Position numbers and translations under genes: made by a program. Of a DNA stretch of 64,000 nt, positions 29,130 to 46,082 are shown piece after piece (within the stretch, counting starts at the first letter, position 1; the number at the start of each line of letters is the position of its first letter). The stretch lies in assembly GCF_009914755.1 (NCBI RefSeq), contig NC_060925.1; one strand, 5' to 3'. This DNA comes from the human T2T-CHM13v2.0 reference genome, Homo sapiens. Under the pieces are notes generated by a model. That model worked only from the letters and a program-made list of their open reading frames with translations. It was not told the origin of the DNA and ran no database searches.

Positions 29130-30886
29130 AGCTGCCTATCAAATATCTAGTTATTGCTATTAAGATACACATATGGAAGCAAAAAGACCACGAAATTATA
29201 TATATCGTGCACAATATAATTGTATAATATGCAATTATCACACATAAAAAAATATCTTTAATGAGAAGAAAAATAAACCAATTGAAGTTGACACAGAATC
29301 CAGAGATGGCAGAATTAATACGCAAGAACATGAACAGAGTTATCATGGTTATATTCAAAAGCATTGTAAAACTAGAGAAAAGATGCAGCAAGTTACAGAT
29401 AGACATGAAAGATAATTACAAACCATCCAGTTGTAACTTCCAGAGATGATCATTTCAATGCTGAAATGAAAAATTCATTAGATGGTATTAACAATGTATT
29501 GGACATTGCAGTATAAAAGATTAGGGAACATAAGTAGCCATTGAAAATAATCAAAATGAATGTAGAGGGAAAAAGAATTTTAAAAAATGAACAGAGCATC
29601 AGGGAGCACTGAGACAACAACAAGCAAACAAATACAAAAAAATGGAGTCTCTGATGGAAAAAAAGGTAGAAGAAGTATTTAAAGAAATAACCCTTTTTAA
29701 AAAATATTTTTAAAAATATAAGTGCATGCAAATCATAAACCCACAAATCCAAGAGGCTCAATGAGCCTGAAACATAAAAATGAAAGAGAGAAAGCACATC
29801 ATATCTAAATTGTTGTGATGCAGTGATAAAAGGAAATGTTAAAATCAGATAGAGGAAAACAGACACATTTCATCCAGAGAAACAAAGATAAATTGAGAGG
29901 AGAAGAAATTTCCTACTGAAAACAATACAAGCTAGAATATAGTGGAACAATATAAGAATCTAAAGAACACATTTCCAGTCAAAGTACTAGTAGGTGTTTA
30001 TAGATATTAACGAGCTGATTAGAAAATTTATCTTGAAATGCAAAGAATTTAGAATAGACAAAACAATTTTGAAATAGATGAATAAGTTGGAGACCTTACA
30101 TTACTTAAGTTCAAGGCTTAATTTAAAGCTGTGGATATTACTAGAGTGTGGTATTACTGCAAAGACAGACAAATAGATCAATGCAATCAGAGTCCAGAAA
30201 GCCACATATATACCAATGACTGGCTTCCAACAATGAGAAAAGGAAAATGGGGTGGAGAAAGAACGGTACTTTCAAAACAAAACAACAATTATTTGGAAAA
30301 ACTGGATATCTATATGAGAAAAAGAAAAGAAAAGAAAAGAACTTTAGTTAACAGCTTATAGCATATAAAAATCAACTTGAAATATACCAGAGATATATTT
30401 GTAAAACCTAAAATTATTAAACTTCTAAAAAAAAAACATAAGAGAAAATCTTGTGACATCTTAGAAAATCCTTCTAGAATGAAATGTCAAAATATTTCCC
30501 CATAAAAATTGATAAATTTGACTTTATCAGAAGGCATATGTTCTTCAAAGACATTATTACTAAGAGAATGAAAAGACAAACCACACATGGTTAGATTATA
30601 TTCACAAATAATATCTAATACATGTCTTGTATTCAGAATATATGAAGAACTCTCAAATCCCCAACAATTAGATGTTAAATAAATCAATTTTAAAAATTGG
30701 GCAAAAATTTTAACAGACACTTACTTCAATTTGGATAGCAGTTAAACACATAAAAATATGTTCAACATCATTAGTCATAAAAAAGTGCAAATTAAAACCA
30801 CAATAAGACACCAAAATCTACTAAATAGAACAGCTAAAGTTAAGAAAAATTGACCATACCACCACATGTTGGCAAAGATGTGGATC

Positions 30887-30932
<46 letters not shown>

Positions 30933-31000
30933 AAATTTCTTAAATTGTATACTTTCAAAATTTGCAAATGTTACCTCATTATAGCACGTAAAAAACTGTC
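29130..31000 (+). mobile_element. Old L1M fragments (ORF1-like part, then ORF2 3' part and 3' end)
   Basis: A-rich strand; VWYYCKDRQIDQCN (ORF 30131) matches L1 ORF2 AWYWxxxRxIDQWN; gtgcaaattaaaaccacaataag. Confidence 0.75.
30889..30928. repeat. (AT)20 dinucleotide repeat
   Basis: Direct reading: 40 bp uninterrupted. Confidence 0.98.
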
Positions 31001-31124
31001 AAGTCATTAAGTCATTTTTGGAAGTTGGCTGCTTAACAAAGGTCTATACTTCCCAGCCCTTCTTGTATCCAAGTGGAGTCGTGTGGTTAGATTTTTTTAC
31101 ATTTTTAATTAATTAACTAATTAA

Positions 31125-31412
<288 letters not shown>

Positions 31413-32279
31413 TGAGGCCCAGCAAAGAAAGAGGAATCAGGGTTTTTATCACTAGGACAACCCAGAAACACCACATAGAATTAATATTTGACAGATAATT
31501 AAAACTTATTGTGTTAAAACATCAAAACTGAGTGTACATTTATTATAGCCTTTAGCATTGACTAGCAAATACTTCCATCAAATAAAATGTTATAATTATT
31601 CAGTTAAATGGGAGTCAACAATTATATCTTCCTTTTGGTAATGGAAATAGATTGAGAATTAATTTCTTATGGCTTATAAAAACCCAATATGTGTTATAAC
31701 TTTATATATTGTAATGCATCAATTTTACTATCTAACATAAAAAATCAACTTTATGTGAAAAAGAAGTAGATTACAACTTTAGAAAACACTGAAGTTTTCT
31801 GGGTTTATGTAATTAATAAGTGGAATGAATAAATGAATCAAAGTTTAATAGAAAAAATATTTTCCCATTTCCAAATGTCAAATGCAAATTGCCTAGCTTA
31901 TTCTCATATACAATTGTAGTTAAATTAAGCAACTATCCTAATTATTCAATAGAAGTGTAATGGCAGATGGCCAAGAATACAAAACTATTTCCAAAAGGCA
32001 TATTTTGAATAGGAAGAAATGTTGATTTTCTAAGACAAATGATTTAATCTTCTCTGCATTCATTTAAGAAAAAAAAAGGTTTGATGTAGGGAAAAATCCG
32101 TATATGAAGTATATTATTTTTATTTTAGCTTCGGATGCAAAACAAAAGTGTTTCAGAGACAAATAGTTTACAGAGATAGCTCCTGCAACATTTCTGTTTC
32201 TTCTTTTCCTTTAGAAATTGTAGTCAATGCTTTAGGTAACCTCTTTTGATATTTTAATATCAAAATCCTCCAAAGTTTT

Positions 32280-32795
32280 AAAGGCACATCCGAATAGATT
32301 CTTAAAATTTTTACCCAAACTTACAAATCCCAAAAGATCTTGCCCTAACGACCTTTTTACCTCATCACATAAGGTTCTTATAATAACCTACTGTGTTCCA
32401 ATCGCAACATCCTTCTTTCTGTGCCTGTAACATTCCCTCTTTAGAAGTTTATGCTGGCTTTTTCTCTAACCAAAATGTTGATCAACTTAATCTTTAAAAG
32501 GCTAGACCCATCTTGTCACTAGATAACAACCTGTCATTAATTATCACTACCTCAGAAGAGTTTACCATGACATCTTACCTCTTATTCAGAGATATCTTGT
32601 TTTCATTTTCCGCATATCACTTATCATAACATGATATTTTGAATTTACATAATAGAATATTGTTTTTCTCCTTAAGACAAGCAAGTTTTATAAAAGCAGA
32701 TTGTTTGTTTGCTTTGTACACCTCTCCATTTCAAGCATGTAGAACCATGTCAAAGGTATTATAGGCATAACATATTATTGAATGAATAGATAATA
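32280..32795 (+). mobile_element. L2 3' fragment
   Basis: Degenerate L2 ending ataaacatattattgaatgaata. Confidence 0.6.
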
Positions 32796-33324
32796 AATTG
32801 ATGTTTACTACAAGAGGTACAATGTAATCATGGGTTGGAAAAGGATCTACCAAAAAAATGTTTAAAAAAATGGTAGCTGTATAAGGTCATGAAAATTAAA
32901 CAAAGAAAAATCTTTCATGTTAATGAACATTCTTTGTTTAGAGTCATGGAAAAATAGACATAGTGCACCCCTGAGTAAAAAAAAAACAAGACTATATATA
33001 GCCTAGGGGTATTCCTCTTTCTTTTTTTCCTTCTTCTTCTTGATCATGTCTCTTATTTATAAAAGCCTGTTTCTCTTTTTTTTTTTTATTTATTTTTTAT
33101 TTTTTTTAATTTTTTTTTTATTATACTCTAAGTTTTAGGGTACATGTGCACATTGTGCAGGTTAGTTACATATGTATACATGTGCCATGCTGGTGCACTG
33201 CACCCACTAATGTGTCATCTAGCATTAGGTATATCTCCCAATGCTATCCCTCCCCCCTCCCCCGACCCCACCACAGTCCCCAGAGTGTGATATTCCCCTT
33301 CCTGTGTCCATGTGATCTCATTGT

Positions 33325-37176
<3,852 letters not shown>

Positions 37177-37215
37177 TCATTAGTTGATGCAGTTTCTTCC
37201 TAGTCTCGATGGTCT

Positions 37216-37434
37216 TTACATTTTGGCATGATTTTGCAGCGGCTGGTACCAGTTTTTCCTTTCCATGTTTAGCGCTTCCTTCAGGAGCTCTTTTAGGGCA
37301 GGCCTGGTGGTGACAAAATCTCTCAGCATTTGCTTGTCTATAAAGTATTTTATTTCTCCTTCACTTATGAAGCTTAGTTTGGCTGGATATGAAATTCTGG
37401 GTTGAAAATTCTTTTCTTTAAGAATGTTGAATAT
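37216..37434 (-). pseudogene. 3' remnant (~73 codons) of L1 ORF1
   Basis: Ends ...CATGCCAAAATGTAA directly upstream of the spacer; no start codon or 5' UTR. Confidence 0.9.
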
Positions 37435-37599
37435 TGTTTCATTCAGGGACCCTTAGCATTCCCATTGCATGCATGCCCCTTCTATACATCTTGTGGACTA
37501 ACGGTTAACTCATCACACTCAATACTGACATGAGCCATTGAAAACAGAGATAAAGTAGGGATATAAGTTATCAGTCCAGGAATACTGAATATGCTAGAA

Positions 37600-37927
37600 C
37601 AGAGTTTAGTAAATTCTCTCTTTAAAAAAGCCAGATAGTAAATATTTTCTGCTTTGTGGACCTACAGTCTCTGTTGCAACTACTTCACTCTGCCTTTAAA
37701 AGCACCTATAAACAACATTTAAATAAGCATGGCTGTGTTCCAATGAAACTGAGTTCACATGCACTTTATTTATAGACACCGATATTTTAATTTTATATAG
37801 TTTTCGTGTGTTGTGGAATAGTATTTTTTTCACAATTTAAAAATGCAAAAACCATTCTTAGTTCATGGTCTTACAGAAGAAGGCAGGGGTCCAGATTAAG
37901 TCAGTAAAACATGGTTTTTGAGTCCTA
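37600..37927 (+). mobile_element. MER58B-like hAT-Charlie DNA transposon
   Basis: gccagatagtaaatatttt...gtctctgttgcaactact...catggctgtgttccaat; aaaaccattcttagttcatgg. Confidence 0.8.
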
Positions 37928-39639
37928 TTTAAGATATAGTTAATTGGGTTTAGCTCATATGTAAAAACCAAATGGTTTCTGTATGCTCTAGCACTATTCA
38001 TTATCATCCTTAGTGAATCCCAATTAGCATTTCACACTTTTCTAATGACCACTAGGAGAGCCCTGCTTTTTAATTTTTGAGAAATATACACTAATGCTGG
38101 GTTTTGGTTCTTATTTAATGCTTGTCCATAGATACCAGTCATAAGATTTGTTGAATTTGCAAACATTTTGTTTTATTGCTGCATATAATGTCAGTTTTTT
38201 ATTGCTAAATACAATCCAGTCATTTGTAAGTCTACTAAAGTAAAATAATCCTTAGGTTCCTAGGGGGTAAAAACCTTATAAAATAAGCACTTCCAATCTT
38301 TGTTTAAATTTATATCCATCCCATTACAAGCTTCCAGTGTTTTATATTCACTGTTATTTTGTTTGGTTTGGCTTGTTTCTTATCATTTGGTACATTCCAC
38401 ATAATAAAGTATACAAAGTTCTATTTTTGAGATCCAAAGTATTAGACATGATAGCATTTGAATAAGTGCTAAGGCTGTCTCCTAGCATCTTCCATCACTG
38501 GCTGCAGACGTATCTGGAAATAATATACAAAGTGTTCATCCTTTTAGTATCAATCATTCTTAAAGAAAAAGTGTCAAAGCAGAGTTTCGTGGGACAGGAA
38601 TCCATCTAAGAGTGCCAATTCCTTCTGCTACCATTCCCCTTTCTCTGTGAAGAGAGCCTCCTGATCTGTACTCTTTTTTTTTTTTTTTTGAGGAGGTTTT
38701 GAACTGTCCTCTACCTCCATAGTCCTCAATAGCTGGCAGCAAATATATACACCCCAAATTACTCTTTCATCCAGTCCCAAGGTACTTTAAGCTACTTAAA
38801 AGTTACATTGCCACTGTAGGGTCCTCTCTACTAAATAGAGCACATCCTGTTAACACTATTCCTGCTTTAACCTCCCATGATGCAGACTAAATCTGGCCCA
38901 ATTTTGTACCGTTAAAGTTCAAATGCTACATTCATGTAACTATCAGATTTAGTTATGTTTCTATTATTTATGAGTTGGAAAATTTTATTTTATCCATCTT
39001 CTTGGAAAATAGGGTCTGAAGTTGTTTGAAAAATGAGGTGGATACATAATTAACAGTTAGATTGTCCATCCCCACCTTTATTCCAAACCAACTACTTCCA
39101 TAAACAAAATGTTTGCAATCATTGATACTACTACTGTCGTTCAGGTTTTCTTTCATAATACACTCTCCTACCATAAAAAGTCAACCATTTATGACTTTGA
39201 ACCAACATCATACCTTGCTTCCTTGTGTAGAATTAGCTTCAATTTGTCACATCAATTTTTAATATTACATTGCTTTTAGGATAAAAAAAGAACATAAAAA
39301 GACTTAATATGGATTTCTTGATGCTGTAATTGTGTTCCAATATTCATTGACATAAATTTGGAATCAATTATATCAATGGAAAAAAGTATTCAGTGCTTTT
39401 CTTATATTCTCTGATGAGGCCTTAGTACCAGACAAATAAAACTCTTATGTTCTTCTGCTAGATTCTCTCTCAGCTGGACAGATTATTTCAACCTAAATAT
39501 AACCTAGCTCAGTTTTTCAGGCACAGTCAACTATAGACCAAGCTCAGTCACACTTTTCTGAACTCAATAAAATTCTTCAGTCTGTCTAAGACCCTATTTT
39601 TACAGGTAGATGGGACAAGTAAGAGAATAGACAAGAAAA

Positions 39640-39734
39640 TATAAGCTCCATGGGATTGAAGACATTTTTGTCTGTTTTATTCACTGGAGTGTCCTACATC
39701 CCTATAATACTGTAATAAACATTTGTTGAATGAA
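39640..39734 (+). mobile_element. L2 3' terminus
   Basis: taagctccatg...tgtctgttttattcactg...aataaacatttgttgaatgaa. Confidence 0.75.
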
Positions 39735-40264
39735 AATGTTAGCCCCAAACCAGCACTTGTTATTTATATATGGATCCCATGCTGCCCTCTTCAGCATAAT
39801 TCTGAATGTGCCGTTTCTTTTCATTGTGAGTTTTGTTTAAATGTCTGTTCTTTTTAGGGTCTTTTAAAAAATATAATTTACAACATTACTGGGATTTCTT
39901 GTCCTAGAGCTAGTTAGTGGTTTTAGAAGTAGACACAGTCTCAGCTAGGACTCAGTGGCTAGCTAGGAATGATCACTCAAAATAGAAGTAGCAAGAAGAT
40001 GCATAATATAAACATAAGGCCTCAAGCTGGGACTGTAGACCTTCCTCTGCTGTCTTTAAAAGGTACCAGTCAGTATGAACATTTACAAAATTATGAGAAT
40101 ATTAGACTCTAGGGGGCTATAGAGCCACTTAACCATTAGATTTTTGGATTTCATCAGTGCTTACCATCACTTTTTCCTATTTTTACAAATTTTTAAATGT
40201 GATTTGTTATACAGATCCCAAACTACATTCAGTTATGTAATAATATTTGCATTATGAAAATATG

Positions 40265-40525
40265 ATCCAGGTTCTGTGTAGTGAATAGAAGATGGAGGAG
40301 GCAGAATGAAAGTATGAGGAATGATTATGGGGATATTGCATCAGTCCAGGTGAGATACGTTAGTGCCTTGGATTGGATACATCCCACTGGAAAGCATGAA
40401 TCAATTATGTTTAGGTTGCAAAAGTCAAGAATGAAGTGGAGAACAAGAGAAACCAAAGATGTCTCTGAAATTTTCAGTTTGATCAAGTGGGTGAATTAGG
40501 GTATAGTTTACAGAAATGGAGAATG
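40265..40525 (-). mobile_element. L2 fragment
   Basis: attgcatcagtccaggtgagat...gtgccttgga motif. Confidence 0.55.
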
Positions 40526-40529
40526 CCAG

Positions 40530-40965
40530 TGTGGCAGAATGCAAAAGTGGCCACAATCCTTTGCAGTTTCTCCCCTCAAGAGGTGGAGTCTATATCCCAA
40601 TCCTTAAGCCTAGATTGGTCATGGGACTTGTTTTGACCAACAGAACATTAGCAAATGTGACATATTAGATACTTGAAAAGCAGCTGCATATTTGGGCTTA
40701 CTCTCTCATTGAACTTAAAACTCTTATGCCACCTCGGGAACACATCTGGAATACCCAGCTGGATGATGAGAAATCACATGGAGAGGAGAGACTTCCCAGC
40801 CAAAGCCTTTAGAAACCATTCACAGTTGCTTACCTACCAGTTGACCATAGACAAATGAGCCAATAAGTGAAGGTAAGAATGATCCATCTGGGACAAAACC
40901 AATTGCCAACTCTTATAATTATGAGCTCAGTGAACAGTTGTTTTAAACTACATGATCTGGGGATT
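40530..40965 (+). mobile_element. MLT1G-like LTR
   Basis: tgtggcag...gtggccacaatcctttgcag...aagaggtggagtctat; 3' gttgttttaa. Confidence 0.7.
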
Positions 40966-41683
40966 GCATTAGTTACCATATTGTACAACAAAGTATGCAA
41001 TTTCGTCCAAATTTTTTGTGTAAAAAAATTAAGTCTAAGTTTGTTACCTAGACAAACCATGACTTAAAACAACATGTATTTATTATTTCCCAGACTTCAT
41101 AAGTCAGGAGCCTGGGTATGGCTTAGATGGGTCGTCTGCTAGGAGTCTGTCAAGGTTGCGATTCAGCATTAGTTTGGCTGTTTTTGTCTGTAGGCTTAAC
41201 TGGGGAAGGAAGAATCTACTTCTAAGCACACCCACACTGTTGGCAAAATTCATTTCCTTGTAATTGTATGACTGAGGGCTCACCTTCTTGCTGGCTTTTC
41301 ACTGGTGGTTTCCCTTAGCTCCTAGAGGTTGCCCACATTTCCTTCAGTTCAGCCACTATACCTAGAGGTTACAGTTCCTTGAGTTTACCCACTCTATCTA
41401 GAGGTCACCCACATGTTTTAGAGGGTGCCCACAGTTCCTTGCTATGAGAGCTTTCCAAACATAGTTGCTTACTTTACTAAGCCAGTAAGGACAGTTTCTT
41501 GAGTGACTATTCCAGGAAGACTGAGCCTCATGTAAAGTAACATAATCAAGGAAGTGACATCCCATCACCTCTGCCATATTCTGTTGGTTAGAAGCAAATC
41601 ACAGATTCTACTCACACTCACTAGGAAAACAGACAGGAGTATGGACACCCTGGAGTCCATCCCTGTAAGGTCATTTGTTACAC
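40966..41683 (-). mobile_element. MLT1F-like LTR abutting or nested at the 3' end of the previous LTR
   Basis: cttaaaacaaca..tttattat; ggaagtgacatcccatcacctctgccatattctgttggttagaagcaa. Confidence 0.7.
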
Positions 41684-43959
41684 AGAAGTTAATAGATAGA
41701 ACCAGTTAAGAGGCAGTAACTTTTAGAAAGACATGATATTGTAGTTAAAAAGTAGATTCTGAAGGTAGTCTCCTGGGTTTTTATCCGAGGTTTGCCTCTT
41801 AGTTGTGGGAAGCTAGACAATTCATCTAACTTCATCATTAACTATATAAATAATTACAATTTTAGGAATGTTTGTAGAATCTTTACCTCTGGGAATCTTT
41901 AGGAATGTTTGTAGAATCTTTACCTTATTAAAACAATAAAAAAAGACTCACTCATACTGATACTTTCTGCCCATATAAAAAGCAAAGGAAAATTAAAATG
42001 TGATGTTGTGTAACTTTTACAACTTTTACCAAAACACAACTTACTAGTTGGAAAAAATAAAAAATATCTATCAGCACTCTAGAAAACAACACAGTGCAAA
42101 GCGGTGCTACTGCCTCAGGCAGCTTTCAGTGACATAAATATTGAAGCCATTGAAACATTAAGCTATAATTTGGGATTCATGCTGGAAGTGATTATGCTGT
42201 ATTGCCACAGTCTGCTAGGATTTCCCACCTGTTTTTTTCCATAAAACTGAAAGTAGAAAACTGCTGAAATTTAAGTAGGTTTCTACTTAAACTTTTTTCT
42301 TACTTGGAACATCCACAAGGTAAGATGTAATAGGCAAAAGAAAAAAAAATCTGATGTTAAGAAAGTAATTCTTTTAAATATTATTCTTCTACTTAGATTG
42401 GCAAGTAATAGCTATAAGTATCCTACACTGCACATATTATTTACCTATATAATTTATAACACACATTACCCACTTGGTTGGTATGCCATTACTATATTAG
42501 GTTGACTATAAAAATGAAGCATTATTATTCCTATGTTTTAATCTTAAACATTTCAGTAATTCAAGAGTATGTGTAAAAAGGCTTGAAATTTCATAATTTT
42601 AGAGAAATAATTCAATTTTTACATTTGAATAAAAATTGTGGAAACATAAATACATCACTTTAATTTAAATGGCAAGTGTGTGTCATTATGGCCTTAGAAA
42701 TTCTCTCTACCCTGTTAATGGTAGCACATGGAGTTCTCACATGTTTCTTGATCTTTTCTTAAGCAAAATATATTTTTCTAATATGTAGTTTGCTACTTTC
42801 TGATATCCAAAAATCACTTGGTATTCATTGGCCTAGATTCTTTTAATGGTTCATTGTCATTACTTATAAATATGGGTTAGTCAAGAATTGTTCTTTAATG
42901 GAGACTGTCTGAAATTTAACTTTTATTTAATGTGACCAAAAAAATCATATTACTAAGCAAATACACCTTCATTTAGGTCACTGCAAACTTATGAGTTGAA
43001 AAAAGTAACTTGTAGAATCATTAAGATGCTAAGACGTAAGAAAGAGGGAAAGAAAACACTGATTATTAAGGATAATGATCTGCACCTGGTTTCAATCACG
43101 ACTTTCTTCCGAAGCATCAACCAACTTGGAATACAAATTTCAGTGCTTGCACAGCTGGAATATAATGCTACTTTCCGGATACTGAAAAGTCATTAAGAGT
43201 TCTCAGATAACCACAATATGATTTTGTAAGACTGAACTATGAAATCGACTAAGGGGTAGGATTGTATAGAAATTTTCGGTTTGTTTAGAGCTACTTTTCT
43301 TAAATAGCCTAAAAGTAAATATAAAGAAGATCATTTCATTGCCTGTCTGAGATTGATTTACAAGGAGTCTATAAATACAAGAGTGATTACCATCTAATGT
43401 GGGAGCTATTGCTGTTGTCCGAAAATAAGCCTCCCTGTATAGCTCCAAATGTTCCCTGCTACTAAGGGAACAGACTTGATTTTCCACTTATCTTTTAATG
43501 ACTTCCTGCAGGCAAAAACCTGGAGCCAAAATTCTACTGACATCTGTTTGTTGGTATGGGTCTTATTTAGAACCCCAGTACTAGGTAATTATTCATTATT
43601 TGTTGGCACTAGGATCGTGCAGCACATAATGTTTTGCAACAGTTAAGCTATAATAAATAAAGGAATAAACAGAACTCTTCTTCTAAATACTCGTTTATAT
43701 ACAGCATCAACAAAACAAACAGGAGAGCTTCCAACAATTTATTGCTAGATAGTCACTGCTTAAAGTTCACATTTATCATGAACAAATACAAAGAAAGAAA
43801 ACTGTTAGCTTTTTCATTTTAAATCAAGGCTGAGATTTTAATGATCAAGGGCACTTTATATTGTAATTTATGTTAATATGTAAGTCATCCTGAGGAGTAT
43901 TTTATTTTATCTTCCTAATATTTATTTTAGAGGCACTATGATTTCACTGAAGAAAAACG

Positions 43960-44100
43960 GGGTTTTGGAACCTTAGATCTGACACTAGAAATCTTAGGAA
44001 AATCAATGTTTCTAAACCTGTTTACTCATGTATTATATGGAAATAATAATATTTATCTCATAAGGTCATGGTGAATAATAAGCTAATAGACAAAGTATAT
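43960..44100 (+). mobile_element. MIR fragment
   Basis: ctgtttactcatgta..atggaaataataatatttatctcataagg. Confidence 0.55.
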
Positions 44101-44328
44101 GACATCATGATCTTAATAATTCTTTATTTTCTTCATTAAATTTTCTACTACTTGCTTTGAAGTATTTAGTTTTAAGCATAAATCAGTGCTGACCAAATAA
44201 CGTGTAGAATTCCAAGACCACCCAATTTCAGTCAATTCAATTTCAAGATAGGTTTGTGGGCCATCTATATGATAGAAATATCAGCTATGCATTCACAATG
44301 TGACAGTGATCCAAATACGAATCCTGTT

Positions 44329-44825
44329 TATGGCAGGCTAAAAAACATCCCCCAAAGATATCAGGACCTAATCCTCAGAGCCTGTGAATATTAGTGTATA
44401 TGACAAAAATATGTGATTAAGTTAAAGATTCTGAGATGGGTCGGTTATCCTGGACTGTGCAGGTGGGCCCTAATGCAGTCACTTGTGTCTTTATAAGAGA
44501 CAGTGGGCGAGTTGATAGAAATGGGAACAGATGATAGACATAGACACACAGAGGAGAAGGCTCTGTGTTCACGGAGGCAGAGACTGGCGTAACATGGCTG
44601 CATGTCAAGGAGTGCTGGCAGCCACCAGGAACTGGAATAGACAAGAATCACACTCTCTTCTGGGGTCTCCAGAGGGATCAGAGCCCTGCTGACATCTTGA
44701 TTTCGGTCTGGCAAAAAAGATTTTTGAGCTTCTGATGCCCAGTACTGTAAGAGAGTATATTTCCTTTGTTTTACATCATCAAGTTTGTGGTAATTCTTTG
44801 GAGGAAGTCTCCAGAAACTAATGCA
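44329..44825 (+). mobile_element. MLT1C/D LTR
   Basis: cccccaaagatatc..gtgattaagttaaagattctgagatggg..gtgggccctaatg..ends gaaactaatgca. Confidence 0.85.
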
Positions 44826-45797
44826 GTATTGTTCAGTATTTTATAGATAAATGGGATTGACTAGAAAATGATCCATGATATGGGAGGGGATAAACCCTAC
44901 ATGACCAAAGTGTAAGAGGATCATAAGGGACTAACTGTTGAGTCACAAATGATCATAAACGTGATATCTGCAGGGGCACTGAAGGTTGTATAGAGTTCAC
45001 AGGAATGGCAAAGAATGGGAAAAAATGTATTACATACATTAAGGAAAAAGATGGCTAAAAAGTAAAATAAGCACTAGTGTTGATTTTTTTCTTTTTTTAA
45101 TGTGAACTTCTTCCACTAGGATGGAGGAATTGTGTGATGAGAAATTAGACTTTGAAGTCCAATAGTAGAGGACATAAGGTAAATGTTTTCTGGTAATTGG
45201 AGTGATGCGACTACATGAACAAGTGTGTGAGCAAATAGAAATACATTAAGCTGAAGAAATCACAACTGATAGACCAATGTTCCTTAACTTTAACATTTAA
45301 ACCTTGTTCATTACAGAGAGGCCTTAATAATTGTTTTTATGTAATATATCTGCCCTAAAAAAGGAAAGTAACTTGTCAGATCAAGGGTACCCTGTGGGGC
45401 TCAAAGTGGAATGGGATGCAGGCTGGTATAGGGTACAGAATCTAAGTATGATGCATAATGGAGGTCCTAAAAGAATGCAAAGCAGAGAAGTTGAAAAGAG
45501 AGACATACATCCCTTGGCAAGATCTGGTAAGAGTTCCAAAGACTCCCAAGTATGAAGAAATTGAAGGAGCATCAAAACCACATTGTTTTAGATGTATATA
45601 TTAACAATAGTTTTGTTGATGGTTTTACTATGTGGTGAATATGAATGGGTGATCATATTCTTAAATTAACTGTTTACTTAATTTATGTTTATTTCATTAC
45701 TTTGTGTATAGTTTTCTGTATGTGAAGTGAACATTTGTGTTACTTTCCTGGAGTACAAATAAGTAGTCGTTAGATTAAAGAAGAAAAAAAATATATA

Positions 45798-46082
45798 TTT
45801 TTTGAGATGGAGTCTCACTCTGTTGCTCAGGCTGGAGTGCAGTGGCATGATCTCAGCTCACTGCAACCTCTGTCTCCCGGGTTCTAGCAATTCCCTGCCT
45901 CAGGCTCCCGAGTAGCTGTGATTACAGGCACCCGCCACCACGTCCAGCTAATTTTTGTGTTTTTAGCAGAGACGGGCTTTCTCCATCTTGGCAAGGCTTG
46001 TCTTGAATGCCTGACCTCGTGATCCACCTACCTCGGCCTCCCAAAGTGCTGGGATTACAGGCGTGAGCCACCGCGCCCAGCC
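45798..46082 (-). mobile_element. AluS (Sg/Sc-like)
   Basis: Full dimer; tgacctcgtgatcc; TSD-like AGAAAAAAAAT. Confidence 0.95.
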
